Origin: Alphaproteobacteria bacterium
GTDB lineage: Bacteria > Pseudomonadota > Alphaproteobacteria > 16-39-46 > JAJRRM01
Direction: 5' to 3'
Length of the DNA stretch: 64,000 nt
Assembly: GCA_024279475.1 (NCBI GenBank)
Contig: JAJRRM010000016.1
Location: 627 to 64,626 of the forward strand
Part shown: positions 29,981-39,839 of the stretch, one piece after another
How positions within the stretch are numbered: the first letter of the stretch is position 1
Layout of the letters: each line of letters starts with the position of its first letter
Notes under the pieces: generated by a model
Told to the model about the DNA's origin: nothing
Databases searched by the model: none
The model's input: the letters and a program-made list of their open reading frames with translations, nothing else
Translations under genes and position numbers: made by a program

Positions 29981-30859
29981 ATGAATACTCATTATGAAGA
30001 TAAAAAAATTATTGGGCTACCAAAGCACCTGGTGAAAAAAAAGCTTGGAACTTTTTTTCTGTATGCTTCTTCCCTTTTTATTATCATTGTTTGTATTTTT
30101 CCTTTCTTTTGGGCTATTGTTACCTCCTTTAAACAAGGGGCAGATCTTTTCTCTGTCTCCCTTATTCCTCAAAAGATGGCTTGGGAAAATTATACTGGAC
30201 TCTTCAAAGAACAACCCTTTGGAATAAACATATTAAACTCTATTTTTGTTGCCTGCAGCACCGTTTTTTTGAGCCTCCTGCTCTCTGTTCTTGCAGCTTA
30301 TGCTTTTGGACGCTGTCAATTTCGCGGACGGACATCACTTTTATTTTCTATACTGTCTATATCTATGTTTCCTCAAGTGGCTGTTTTATCTGGTATGTTT
30401 GAGCTTATACAATCAATGGGACTCTATAATAAAGCCTACTCTCTTGTTTTTGTATATATGATATTTACTCTTCCCTTCACTATTTGGGTGCTTACCACAT
30501 TTATGAAAAACTTACCCCAAGAATTGGAGGAAGCCGCTATATTAGACGGAGCTTCAAAAATAACTATTTGCTTTAAAATATTTCTACCCTTGCTTAAGCC
30601 TGCCATGGTAACAACTGGTCTTTTAGCCTTTATTGCTGCCTGGAATGAATTTCTCTTTGCACTTACCTTTACACTTAGTTCTTCTGAACGAACTGTTCCT
30701 GTTGCTATTGCTTTAATGAGTGGTGCCGATCAATATGAACTCCCTTGGGGAAATATTATGGCTGCTTCTGTCTTAGTGACGTTACCTCTTATTGGACTTG
30801 TTCTTGTCTTTCAACGTAAAATTGTAGCTGGCTTAACTGCTGGTGCCGTTAAAGGTTAA
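29981..30859 (+). CDS. aglG: Sugar ABC transporter permease (MalG-like)
   Basis: 292 aa and polytopic, with EAA loop EAAILDGASKITICFKIFLP. Confidence 0.8.
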   Translation: MNTHYEDKKIIGLPKHLVKKKLGTFFLYASSLFIIIVCIFPFFWAIVTSFKQGADLFSVSLIPQKMAWENYTGLFKEQPFGINILNSIFVACSTVFLSLLLSVLAAYAFGRCQFRGRTSLLFSILSISMFPQVAVLSGMFELIQSMGLYNKAYSLVFVYMIFTLPFTIWVLTTFMKNLPQELEEAAILDGASKITICFKIFLPLLKPAMVTTGLLAFIAAWNEFLFALTFTLSSSERTVPVAIALMSGADQYELPWGNIMAASVLVTLPLIGLVLVFQRKIVAGLTAGAVKG

Positions 30860-30886
30860 TCAAAAAATTTTAAAAGGACACCTTAT

Positions 30887-32527
30887 ATGACTCAACAATC
30901 TTTGGACTGGTGGAAAAAAGATATTTTGTATCAAATATATCCTCGTAGCTTTTTTGATGCTAATGGTGACGGTATTGGCGACCTAAAAGGTATTACAAAA
31001 AAACTTTCTTATCTAAAAGATTTGGGCATAAAAGGTATATGGATTTCACCCATATTTCCTTCACCTATGAAAGACTTTGGGTATGATGTATCAAACTATA
31101 CAGATATTGACCCTCTTTTTGGCAACCTAGAAGATTTTGACGAACTCATTGAAACTGCTCACTCTATGGAGCTTAAAATCCTTCTTGACCTTGTTTTAAG
31201 TCACACTTCTACAGAACACCCCTGGTTTTATGAAAGCAGAAAAAATAAAAAAAATTCAAAATCAGACTGGTACGTCTGGGCAGATGCCAAATCTGATGGC
31301 ATGCCACCTAATAATTGGTTATCTGTTTTTGGTGGATCAGCATGGCAATGGGACCCTTATCGTGGTCAATATTATTTACATAATTTTTTAACTTCTCAAG
31401 CAGACCTTAACTTTCATAATTTGGATGTGCAAAAAGCTGTCTTAGAAGTAACAAAATTCTGGCTAGATAAGGGCGTTGATGGTTTCCGATTAGATACAGT
31501 AAACCTCTATGTACATGACAAAGAACTACGCAATAATCCCCCTCGCCCTCAAGGTAAACACCTAGATATAGGTATTTTTCCCACAAACCCTTATGCTTTT
31601 CAATATCATATCTATGATAAATCAAGACCTGAAAATCTTATTTTTTTGAAAAAAATTAGAAAATTACTAAACCTTTATGGCGCCGTCTCTATTGGTGAAA
31701 TAAGCGATGATGATTCTGTAGGAAAAGCTTGTGAATACACAAGAGGTCAAGATAAACTTCATATGGCCTATAATTTCAACCTTCTTCATAAAAATTTTTC
31801 CGCATCATATATAAAAAAAACGATTGAAGAAGTAGAGGAGCAAATTGGTGACGGATGGCCATCTTGGTCTTTTGGAAACCACGATACTGTACGCGCAGCT
31901 ACACGCTTTAATTCTCCTGATGCCCTAAAACCTCAATTGTCTAAATTATTATGTGCTCTTCTCTTAAGTTTACGTGGATCACCTATTATCTATCAAGGGG
32001 AAGAACTCGGATTGGAGGAAGCGGAACTAAAGTTAGAAGAATTGCAAGATCCTTATGGCCTTGCATTTTATCCAGAATTTAAAGGACGTGATGGCTGTCG
32101 AACGCCTATGCCTTGGAATAAAAATCAGCAACATGCCGGATTTTTTGAGCCTTCAACATCATTGGTAAAACCATGGCTGCCTATTCCAAAAAATCATCAA
32201 TCATGTTCTGTAAGCGTACAAGATTCTGTAAAAGGCAGTGTGCTAGAAACCTATAAAACCTTATGCCATTTATATCAGAAAGATAGTACTCTACAGCTAG
32301 GGTCTATTACAAACATTCAGGCTAGAGGAAATATTCTTTCCTTTACTCGAGAGTATAATAATCAACAACGTTTTTGTTTTTTTAACTGTGGAACTGCTAC
32401 AGAAAATGTTATCCTTCCATCTAAACAACTATCACTTATAATAGAAACTGAAACATGTTTTGATAAAGGTACAAGAACATTGAGGCTTAAACCTTACGGC
32501 TTTTTTATAGCCTCTAAAAATTGTTAG
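30887..32527 (+). CDS. aglA: Alpha-glucosidase (GH13, oligo-1,6-glucosidase/AglA-like)
   Basis: 546 aa with motifs YQIYPRSFFDANGDGIGDL, VDGFRLDTVN (nucleophile region), SIGEISDD and SFGNHDT. Confidence 0.85.
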   Translation: MTQQSLDWWKKDILYQIYPRSFFDANGDGIGDLKGITKKLSYLKDLGIKGIWISPIFPSPMKDFGYDVSNYTDIDPLFGNLEDFDELIETAHSMELKILLDLVLSHTSTEHPWFYESRKNKKNSKSDWYVWADAKSDGMPPNNWLSVFGGSAWQWDPYRGQYYLHNFLTSQADLNFHNLDVQKAVLEVTKFWLDKGVDGFRLDTVNLYVHDKELRNNPPRPQGKHLDIGIFPTNPYAFQYHIYDKSRPENLIFLKKIRKLLNLYGAVSIGEISDDDSVGKACEYTRGQDKLHMAYNFNLLHKNFSASYIKKTIEEVEEQIGDGWPSWSFGNHDTVRAATRFNSPDALKPQLSKLLCALLLSLRGSPIIYQGEELGLEEAELKLEELQDPYGLAFYPEFKGRDGCRTPMPWNKNQQHAGFFEPSTSLVKPWLPIPKNHQSCSVSVQDSVKGSVLETYKTLCHLYQKDSTLQLGSITNIQARGNILSFTREYNNQQRFCFFNCGTATENVILPSKQLSLIIETETCFDKGTRTLRLKPYGFFIASKNC

Positions 32528-32546
32528 GATTAAATAGGATCATCTC

Positions 32547-33671
32547 ATGGCAGAAATTACTCTTAAAGACATTAAAAAATACTTTGGTAGCGTAGAAGTA
32601 TTACACGATATTAATCTAACTATTCCTGATAAGAAACTAACTGTTTTTGTTGGTCCATCAGGTTGTGGTAAATCTACTCTATTACGTCTTATTTCTGGTC
32701 TTGAATTTCCAACTAGTGGCTCAATATTTATAGAAAAGAGATGTATGAATAATGTGCCCCCAGCTAAACGAAATTTAGCTATGGTATTTCAATCTTATGC
32801 CCTTTATCCTCATATGACAGTTTATGAGAACATGGCCTTTGGATTGAGGCTTTCTCAACATAACAAGTCTGAAATTAAAAAGAAAATTGAAGAAGTCTCA
32901 AAAATTTTACATATAGACCTGCTACTAAACCGAAAACCCAAGCAACTATCTGGTGGACAGCAGCAACGTGTAGCTATTGGTCGAGCACTCGTACGAAATC
33001 CTGAAGTATATCTTTTTGACGAACCTCTTTCAAATATTGATGCAACACTGCGTGTAAAAATGCGCACAGAACTAGCAAAATTAAAAGCAGATCTTCAAAA
33101 AACTATGGTTTATGTAACTCATGATCAGGTAGAGGCGATGACATTAGCTGATCAGATTGTTGTATTAAATCATGGATGTATTGAGCAGATTGGAGACCCC
33201 CTTACATTATATAACTCTCCAACGAATAAATTTGTTGCAAATTTTATTGGCTCCCCACAAATGAATTTCTTATCTATCAAAAAAATAGGTGTTCAAAAAG
33301 AGAACCACTCTTTACACCTGGGAAAAAATTTATCTATTAATATAGATATTAAAAATATAGATTTACAGAACCTAAGCGAAATTGGTATTCGTCCAGAACA
33401 TATGACAATCCTTTCTTCTAAAAAAGAATCTCATCTTAGTGGTATAGTACATATAGTAGAACACTTAGGCTCCGAGACATATGTAGACATAACCTTATCA
33501 AAAGATATTTCAGTTTTAGTGCGCGCACCTGGCACAAAAATCTTTGAGCCTAGAGAAAAAGTTGGAATTAATATTGACAAAAACCATCTTCATTTTTTTA
33601 ATAAGGAGGGTAAATCTATTAATAAACTAGCCTCTTTTAAAGAAAACATCTCTACTGGAACGGCTAAATGA
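32547..33671 (+). CDS. aglK: Sugar ABC transporter ATP-binding protein (MalK/UgpC-like)
   Basis: 374 aa with Walker A GPSGCGKSTLLR, signature LSGGQQQRVAIGRAL and Walker B YLFDEPLSN. Confidence 0.9.
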   Translation: MAEITLKDIKKYFGSVEVLHDINLTIPDKKLTVFVGPSGCGKSTLLRLISGLEFPTSGSIFIEKRCMNNVPPAKRNLAMVFQSYALYPHMTVYENMAFGLRLSQHNKSEIKKKIEEVSKILHIDLLLNRKPKQLSGGQQQRVAIGRALVRNPEVYLFDEPLSNIDATLRVKMRTELAKLKADLQKTMVYVTHDQVEAMTLADQIVVLNHGCIEQIGDPLTLYNSPTNKFVANFIGSPQMNFLSIKKIGVQKENHSLHLGKNLSINIDIKNIDLQNLSEIGIRPEHMTILSSKKESHLSGIVHIVEHLGSETYVDITLSKDISVLVRAPGTKIFEPREKVGINIDKNHLHFFNKEGKSINKLASFKENISTGTAK

Positions 33672-34825
33672 CCTCACGTATTTTTTATTTTACAGCCAAC
33701 ACAAAAGCTTTATTAAGCCATAGATTAAATTTAGCAACAAAGGCTCTAAAGCAACAATTTGAAGTTCATCTTATTTGTGATGCTCGAAAAAATATTCGCC
33801 AATTACAAAATATGGGCATTCATGTTCACCATCTTAAACATATGCGTCGTGGAGGTCTTAACATATTTCGTGATTTTCTTCTTATCTATGAAGTATATAA
33901 GATTTATAAAAAATTCCAGCCAAACATCATCCATCAAGTAGCACAAAAGCCTGTTTTATATGGTACCATTGCTGCTCGTCTAGCCGGCATGAAAAGTATT
34001 GTTAATGCCTTAGGTGGTATGGGTTATATATTTACTTCTTCATCACGAAAAGCAAAAATCCTAAGAAAAATTATAACTACTCTATGGGCCTTTCTTCTTA
34101 ATACACCCAGGCAAAAATTAATTCTACAAAATCCTACAGATTTCAATAACTTTAAAAATATTCTTCCTGAAACGCAGCTACGTCTTATTTCTGGTTCTGG
34201 TATAGACCTCCATGCTTTTCCCTATACACCTGAACCAGGAATGCCTATAAAGGTATTAATGGTATCTCGCCTTTTATGGGATAAAGGTATAGCTGAATAC
34301 GTACAAGCAGCCTGCAGCTTAAAGCCACACTACCCTAATGTACACTTCCAGATAGCTGGTGAGATTGACCCCGAAAACCCAAATTCTCTTACTTCAAAAG
34401 ACCTAGAGAAAACACTAGCCAATACAGCCATAGAATGCCTTGGTCCCAGAAAAGACATTGCTAACTTATATCAAAAATCTCATATTGCAGTGCTACCTTC
34501 CTACAGAGAAGGTTTGCCAAAATCCCTCTTAGAAGCCTGTTCTACAGGTCGTCCTATTGTAACAACAAATGTACCTGGTTGCCGTGATGTAGTCAAAAAT
34601 GATAAAAATGGATTTGTTGTCCCCGTACGAAATTTTTCTGCTTTAGCAGAGGCTATTGAGAAGCTAATTCTAGATCCTAACATGCGCAAACGTTTTGGTA
34701 AGCAGGGTAGAGCCAGAGCAGAAAGTGAGTTTTCCGACCATTCTATTATAAAAAAAACATTTCATATCTATCATGAGTTAATTAATAGCTCAACTAATCA
34801 AAACCCTTATAAGAATAATAATTAA
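33668..34825 (+). CDS. Glycosyltransferase family 4 (GT-B fold, PglA/CapM-like)
   Basis: 385 aa with the E-x7-E motif PSYREGLPKSLLEA and SRLLWDKGIAEY. Its ATG overlaps the aglK stop (ATGA). Confidence 0.8.
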   Translation: MTSRIFYFTANTKALLSHRLNLATKALKQQFEVHLICDARKNIRQLQNMGIHVHHLKHMRRGGLNIFRDFLLIYEVYKIYKKFQPNIIHQVAQKPVLYGTIAARLAGMKSIVNALGGMGYIFTSSSRKAKILRKIITTLWAFLLNTPRQKLILQNPTDFNNFKNILPETQLRLISGSGIDLHAFPYTPEPGMPIKVLMVSRLLWDKGIAEYVQAACSLKPHYPNVHFQIAGEIDPENPNSLTSKDLEKTLANTAIECLGPRKDIANLYQKSHIAVLPSYREGLPKSLLEACSTGRPIVTTNVPGCRDVVKNDKNGFVVPVRNFSALAEAIEKLILDPNMRKRFGKQGRARAESEFSDHSIIKKTFHIYHELINSSTNQNPYKNNN

Positions 34826-34828
34826 ATC

Positions 34829-35677
34829 TCAAATAGATAGGTCGTTCTTATTCTCACTTAATCCATGTTGATAGACAACTCGACGAGAAAGATTATACTT
34901 CTTGGCAATAATTCTTGCTGCTTCTTTAAGGGGCTTGTCCTCTTGGAGAGTCTTTAGCTCTTCTTTCCAATTTTGAATAATTTTTGACCTTGGCAAGAGA
35001 TTTATATCTCTACAACCCTCTACACTCAATACACACTCTCCCTTAAGTGGTGTGAGTTCTATAGCCCGTAAAATATCTTCCAGTGTCCCTCTCTTGTTTT
35101 CTTCATAACGTTTTGTTATTTCTCGAGAAATAGAGCATTTTCTGTTTCCCAAAACAGATTGACACGCCAACATTAAAGCTGGCAAACGCAATGCTGTTTC
35201 ATAAAATATCAAGGTAGCTTCATTATATTTTATTTTTTCTAAAGCAGAATTACGATCTTTTTTTTTAGAAGGTACAAACCCCAAAAAGAGAAAGGCATTA
35301 GTTGGCAAACTAGAAACAACCAAGGCTGCAAGGCCAGCATTTGCCCCCGGATAGCACTGGACAGGAAACCCCGCATCCACAACAGTTTGCACTAATTTAT
35401 ACCCTGGATCTGAGACTAAAGGCATGCCTGCATCGCTTACTAATGCAATTTTTTTACCTTCTGAAAGAAAATTCAATATTTTCAAACGCTTCTGATCATC
35501 ACTATGATCATGATATGAAATTTTTTTCTTTTTTATATTAAATGTCTGAAGAAATTTTCCTGTATGACGCGTATCCTCACAGATAATAAAATCAGCTGAG
35601 CTTAGAGCCATTAACCCACGTAAAGTTATATCAGCCAAATTTCCAATAGGGGTTGCAACCAAACTTAATCCCGGCAT
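34829..35677 (-). CDS. rsmI: 16S rRNA (cytidine1402-2'-O)-methyltransferase
   Basis: Motifs are LVATPIGNLADITLRGL and CEDTRHTGKFL. I place the start at Met32 of the tracked ORF (35677). This gives the usual short N-terminus before the TPIGN motif, whereas the tracked ORF extends to 35770. Confidence 0.85.
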   Translation of the reverse strand: MPGLSLVATPIGNLADITLRGLMALSSADFIICEDTRHTGKFLQTFNIKKKKISYHDHSDDQKRLKILNFLSEGKKIALVSDAGMPLVSDPGYKLVQTVVDAGFPVQCYPGANAGLAALVVSSLPTNAFLFLGFVPSKKKDRNSALEKIKYNEATLIFYETALRLPALMLACQSVLGNRKCSISREITKRYEENKRGTLEDILRAIELTPLKGECVLSVEGCRDINLLPRSKIIQNWKEELKTLQEDKPLKEAARIIAKKYNLSRRVVYQHGLSENKNDLSI

Positions 35678-35703
35678 AATATGCTGAAAAGGAAGATCAA
35701 AGG

Positions 35704-36900
35704 ATGACGTTCCCTCAAGAGAAGAAATCTCTACAGAAATTTTTTGAGCATCGCGTGGTTGTTCTAGCATTATTAGTCTTTACACTCTTTATTAGTGGTT
35801 GTTCTCAAACCCACCATGAGAGTACTCTTATAGGCGCTGAAGATCAAGTAACAGCTGAAGATCAGGCTAAATTAAGAGTAAAAATTGCTTACAAAGAGAA
35901 ACAAGAAATCCTAAAAAAATTACAACTGGATGAAGAAGAAGGAGTTGAGGTTCCTTTTAAAAAGGTACTGCAACAAACATCTATTTCTCAAGTTTTCTGA
36001 AAAGAACCTCAAATATCTTATAAAATAGCTGTTCTATTGCCCTTTTCTTCTAAAGTATATAAGAATATTTCTGATAATATTTTTAAGTCTCTCTCTCTTG
36101 CTCTTTTTCAAAATCCTTCTCCCCATAAAGTTTATACGCTTTACCCTATTGACACAGGATCTACAAAAAAAGATTTTAAATACGCTCTTTCTGTTCTTAG
36201 AAACCTGCACCCACACATTGCAATTGGCCCCCTACTAACACAAAATGTTATAAAATTATTACAAAAATCTTCTACATTTGACTGTCAATTCCTTACGCTA
36301 AATGCAAATCCTGAATTTATTTTTCATATACGCCCTCAGAATGTTTGGTTTATGACAAACTCCCCCCTTAATGAAATTAAAATACTGGAAGCTTATAGTT
36401 CTCAAACAGTTTATACTCTGTTACTGCCACCAAACGTGAAAGAAGATCCCTTAATATCTGCACTAAAAAAAACAACTAGTCTTTCCTTAGAAAGGATATC
36501 AAATATAAAAATTAATGTTTCTCCCCTATCTTTATATATTCCCCTAATTTTTAAAAATAAAAATATTTTTAATCATATTGAACAATCTGATAAATTCTTT
36601 GGATTTAACTGGATTAATAATATTCCCACTCTTCATAAAGAAGATGGAAAGTTTAATATTTTTCAAATAATACCTAAAAAAATACTTCCCCAAGAACTCT
36701 CTAAAAGTTTTCATGCTTATCTATATCATCAACCCTCTGCCATAGAGCTTTTAAGTTATGCGACCTTCCAAATTGCAAAACAACTACTTGATGAACATAA
36801 AAAATTTAAAGAAACTCTTGCTTATCGCACAATTCTAGGCACTGTTTATATAACTTCTCAAGGTTTTGCTTACTATGATTTAAAAGTTGAAGCCCTATGA
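35704..36900 (+). pseudogene. LpoA/LppC-like lipoprotein (penicillin-binding protein activator family) interrupted by one in-frame TGA (35998-36000)
   Basis: ORFs 35704-36000 and 36037-36900 are in the same frame. The only stop between them is TGA at 35998, and the read-through sequence is ...QVF*KEPQISYKIAVLLPFSSKVY.... The N-terminal piece has a lipobox (LFISGC). The C-terminal piece shows the type-1 periplasmic-binding-fold pattern (IAVLLPFS, YPIDTG, IAIGPLLTQNV). The divergent arrangement with rsmI mirrors E. coli yraL-yraM. Confidence 0.65.
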
Positions 36901-37088
36901 TTTTTTTAGAAATTCTCCTATATTTTTTCATGCTCTGCACAGTTATAACTTTATTAGCTGGGTTGCGAAGTACTTTTATAGGTGGAGAATTTTCAAAAAA
37001 ACAAAGCAATAAACTCATGCACTGGAGGATTTTTTTTCAAAGCGGTGCTCTTATAACATTAGGGATACTACTTTGGATAAAAAAATAA
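36897..37088 (+). CDS. HIG1-domain 'twin transmembrane helix' small protein
   Basis: 63 aa with two TM helices around GGEFSKKQSNKLMHWRIFFQ, which matches the GGEFxxKxxNKxMxxR pattern. Its ATG overlaps the upstream stop (ATGA). Confidence 0.65.
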   Translation: MIFLEILLYFFMLCTVITLLAGLRSTFIGGEFSKKQSNKLMHWRIFFQSGALITLGILLWIKK

Positions 37089-37171
37089 TAATAAAATTCT
37101 TTTCTATCATAAAAAGCATATGCTATTTAAGCTTTATTAAAAAATGAAATTTTTTATTTTTTCTGAGATAA

Positions 37172-37193
37172 GCCCCTTTTTATAAAAGGAGGC
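37172..37193. terminator. Possible hairpin between convergent genes
   Basis: GCCCCTTTT-TAT-AAAAGGAGGC forms an imperfect stem with one bulge. It lies in the 202-bp spacer between the HIG1-like gene and rnj. No clear T-run on either side. Confidence 0.25.
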
Positions 37194-37290
37194 GATCATA
37201 AATGATTTTGAGCGGTAACATTTTCGAATATAAATATCTCAAAACCTAAAAAAAAATATTTCTTGCAACAAATACAGTTTGTCTACTCTA

Positions 37291-38970
37291 TTAAATACGA
37301 ACAATATGAACATCTGTAACAGGTTTTTTATAGAGCAATCTATTAATAGATTTTCTAACAGCTGCAGAAACAAGATCCTCTACAAGGTTATCTTTTTCCC
37401 GTTTTGCATAAGGAATATCATTTACCATATTTATTACATCTTGAATAACTACACTTAAAATACGCTCAGCTCTACTAGAGTCTTCTTCACTAACAATCCC
37501 TTGCAATGTGACAATTGGCTCTTGATATAGCTCTTCATTAGAATCAAAAACAAGCGTTATAACAGCTGATCCATAAGAAGCCATCTGCTGTCTCTCCCTT
37601 AAAATAAGGCTATTTTCTGGTAATAAATCTTTACCATCCATTAGTAGCCTTCCCGCATATACCTTTCCTACTATTCCTGATTTTTCTGCCAACTGAATAA
37701 CAACTCCATTATGTGGAACAAAGACCTCTTTCACACCAAGAGTATGAGCTAGGTCTTTATGAGCTTTCAAATGAATAGCTTCTCCATGTACAGGAATAGC
37801 TATCTTCGGTTTAATTAATTGGTACATTTTTACTAGATCTTCCTGAGAAGGATGCCCCGAAACATGCAGTTTTATATCCCCTAAAAGGCTGTTTGGAAAA
37901 ATCACTTCATAGCCCTGATTAACTAATAAATTTTTTAGCTGTGATATTTTCTTTTCATTACCTGGAATGCGCCTAGAAGAAAATACAATAACATCTTCTT
38001 TCTCAAGATAAATATCTCTATATACTCCATGCGCTATACGACTTAGTGCAGCTCTCTCTTCCCCTTGAGATCCTGTTGTAATATAAACCACCTGTTCTCT
38101 TGGAAGCTTATTTATTTTATCTAAACCTATAAAATCTGGCAGATCATTCATATAACCACTGCTTTGAGCAGCATCTATCATACGTTTAAAAGATCTACCT
38201 GCTAAAGCACATTTTCGACCATATTTCTTTGCCAGTGTCGCTATAGTATGTACACGAGCCAAGTTAGATGCAAAACACGTCAAAACTAAACGCTCGTGTG
38301 TGTATGCTTTAAATATTTTATCTAATCCTTCAAAAACTTCTGCCTCTGATCCTGCAGATTTTTTCTCAAATACATTCGTTGAATCACACACCATAGCTAA
38401 AATATTTTCTTCACCTAAAGCAGCTAAGGCATCTTCATCAGTCTTTTTTCCTAAGCATGGCTCATTATCAAACTTCCAATCACCCGTGTGAACTACTGTA
38501 CCTAGTGGCGTTTTAATATACATTAAACTGTGCTCTAAAATAGAGTGCGTAATATTAACCAAATTAATATCAAAGGGCCCCAATTTTACATTTCCTGATA
38601 ACGGTAGTGTATGAATAGTTACCTGATTTAATAAACCTGCATCTTTCAATTTACCTTCAACCAATTTTCTCGTAAATGGTGTAGCATAGATTGGACATTG
38701 TAATTTTTTCCATAAATAAGGAATAGCGCCTATATGGTCTTCGTGTCCATGAGTAAGAACAAGCCCCACAAGTTTAGATTTGCGCTCTTCCAAAAAAGAA
38801 GGGTCTGGTAAAACAATGTCTACACCTGGTTTATCACTAAAAGTGATGCCCAAATCAATTGCTAACCACGCATCATCGTAGCAATATAAATTGAAATTCA
38901 TACCTATTTCTTCCGCTCCTCCTAAAGGAACAAAGTATAAACCTTTTTGAAATCTAGTTTCATCCATCAT
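37291..38970 (-). CDS. rnj: Ribonuclease J (metallo-beta-lactamase/beta-CASP)
   Basis: 559 aa with motif LTHGHEDHIGAIPYL. Its position after nuoN-birA matches Rhizobiales synteny as I recall it. Confidence 0.85.
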   Translation of the reverse strand: MMDETRFQKGLYFVPLGGAEEIGMNFNLYCYDDAWLAIDLGITFSDKPGVDIVLPDPSFLEERKSKLVGLVLTHGHEDHIGAIPYLWKKLQCPIYATPFTRKLVEGKLKDAGLLNQVTIHTLPLSGNVKLGPFDINLVNITHSILEHSLMYIKTPLGTVVHTGDWKFDNEPCLGKKTDEDALAALGEENILAMVCDSTNVFEKKSAGSEAEVFEGLDKIFKAYTHERLVLTCFASNLARVHTIATLAKKYGRKCALAGRSFKRMIDAAQSSGYMNDLPDFIGLDKINKLPREQVVYITTGSQGEERAALSRIAHGVYRDIYLEKEDVIVFSSRRIPGNEKKISQLKNLLVNQGYEVIFPNSLLGDIKLHVSGHPSQEDLVKMYQLIKPKIAIPVHGEAIHLKAHKDLAHTLGVKEVFVPHNGVVIQLAEKSGIVGKVYAGRLLMDGKDLLPENSLILRERQQMASYGSAVITLVFDSNEELYQEPIVTLQGIVSEEDSSRAERILSVVIQDVINMVNDIPYAKREKDNLVEDLVSAAVRKSINRLLYKKPVTDVHIVRI

Positions 38971-39014
38971 AAAAATATACCTTTCTATTTTTAACAGCTT
39001 CTTGCTAATTTTTT

Positions 39015-39815
39015 TTATGTTTTAAATACATCCGCTGAATAAAATGTATATATTTCATTTTTTTTTTCACATTGAATAAGCAAAGCTCCATCTTCTTGCA
39101 ATCCTAAAAACTTCCCCTCTAACTTTTTTTTATCATTTGTTTTTATAATTATTGTGCCTTCTTTACACCAGGCATTTTCTAGCCAAGAATCCCGTATAAT
39201 CTTAAAACCCTTATCCTGCCAAATATTATAATACCGTTTTACATAAAGAGATAATTTTTCTATGAATCTAATGGCTGTTGGTGTTTCATATCCCTCTTCT
39301 TTTAATGAGGTAGCTGGAAAAACTACAGATTCTTTATCTGGTGCCTGTTGTATATTAATGCCAACACCGGCTACTATATATGGTGTCTTTTGATTTCCTT
39401 TAAAACCGGAAAAAGATGATTCTAATAAAACTCCACTTATTTTTTTACCCGAAATTAAAATGTCATTTGGCCATTTATATTGAATATTTTCTTTAGGAAT
39501 ACCAAAACTTTCAAATGTTTTTCCTATGCTTAAAGACATAACAAATGTGAGTTGTGTAATGTCCACAGAGTTTACTTCAGGATCAATCCACAAGAAAGAA
39601 ACTGCTACGTTCCCTACCTTCATACACCATGTTCGATTAGCCTTACCATAACCTACAGTTTGCTCATCTGTGTAAAACACATGAACAATTCCTTTGTTCA
39701 AAAAAGTTGTCGATTTTGTAGCAAAATCTTTTGCTGTCATATTTGTGCTTTCCAAGCAAGAAAAGTGATGGAAGTCAAACGAATCTATAAATTTTTCTAC
39801 ACAGTGCATATGCAT
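39015..39815 (-). CDS. birA: Biotin--[acetyl-CoA-carboxylase] ligase (group I, no HTH domain)
   Basis: 266 aa with LESTN near the N-terminus, a biotin-binding-loop-like GYGKANRTW, and KWPNDILISGKKISGVL. Confidence 0.8.
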   Translation of the reverse strand: MHMHCVEKFIDSFDFHHFSCLESTNMTAKDFATKSTTFLNKGIVHVFYTDEQTVGYGKANRTWCMKVGNVAVSFLWIDPEVNSVDITQLTFVMSLSIGKTFESFGIPKENIQYKWPNDILISGKKISGVLLESSFSGFKGNQKTPYIVAGVGINIQQAPDKESVVFPATSLKEEGYETPTAIRFIEKLSLYVKRYYNIWQDKGFKIIRDSWLENAWCKEGTIIIKTNDKKKLEGKFLGLQEDGALLIQCEKKNEIYTFYSADVFKT

Positions 39816-39839
39816 TTTACTCTATCAGCTAAATAACCT

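Noticed and set aside
35998-36000. Recoding explanations for the in-frame TGA (selenocysteine, or TGA read as Trp) and for the in-frame TAG at 20799
   Set aside because: priA and aglK terminate at TGA, and alaS at TAG, at the expected protein lengths, so neither codon is reassigned. LpoA-like and DUF924 proteins are not selenoproteins or pyrrolysine proteins, and I saw no obvious SECIS-like hairpin. Nonsense mutation or sequencing error is more parsimonious.
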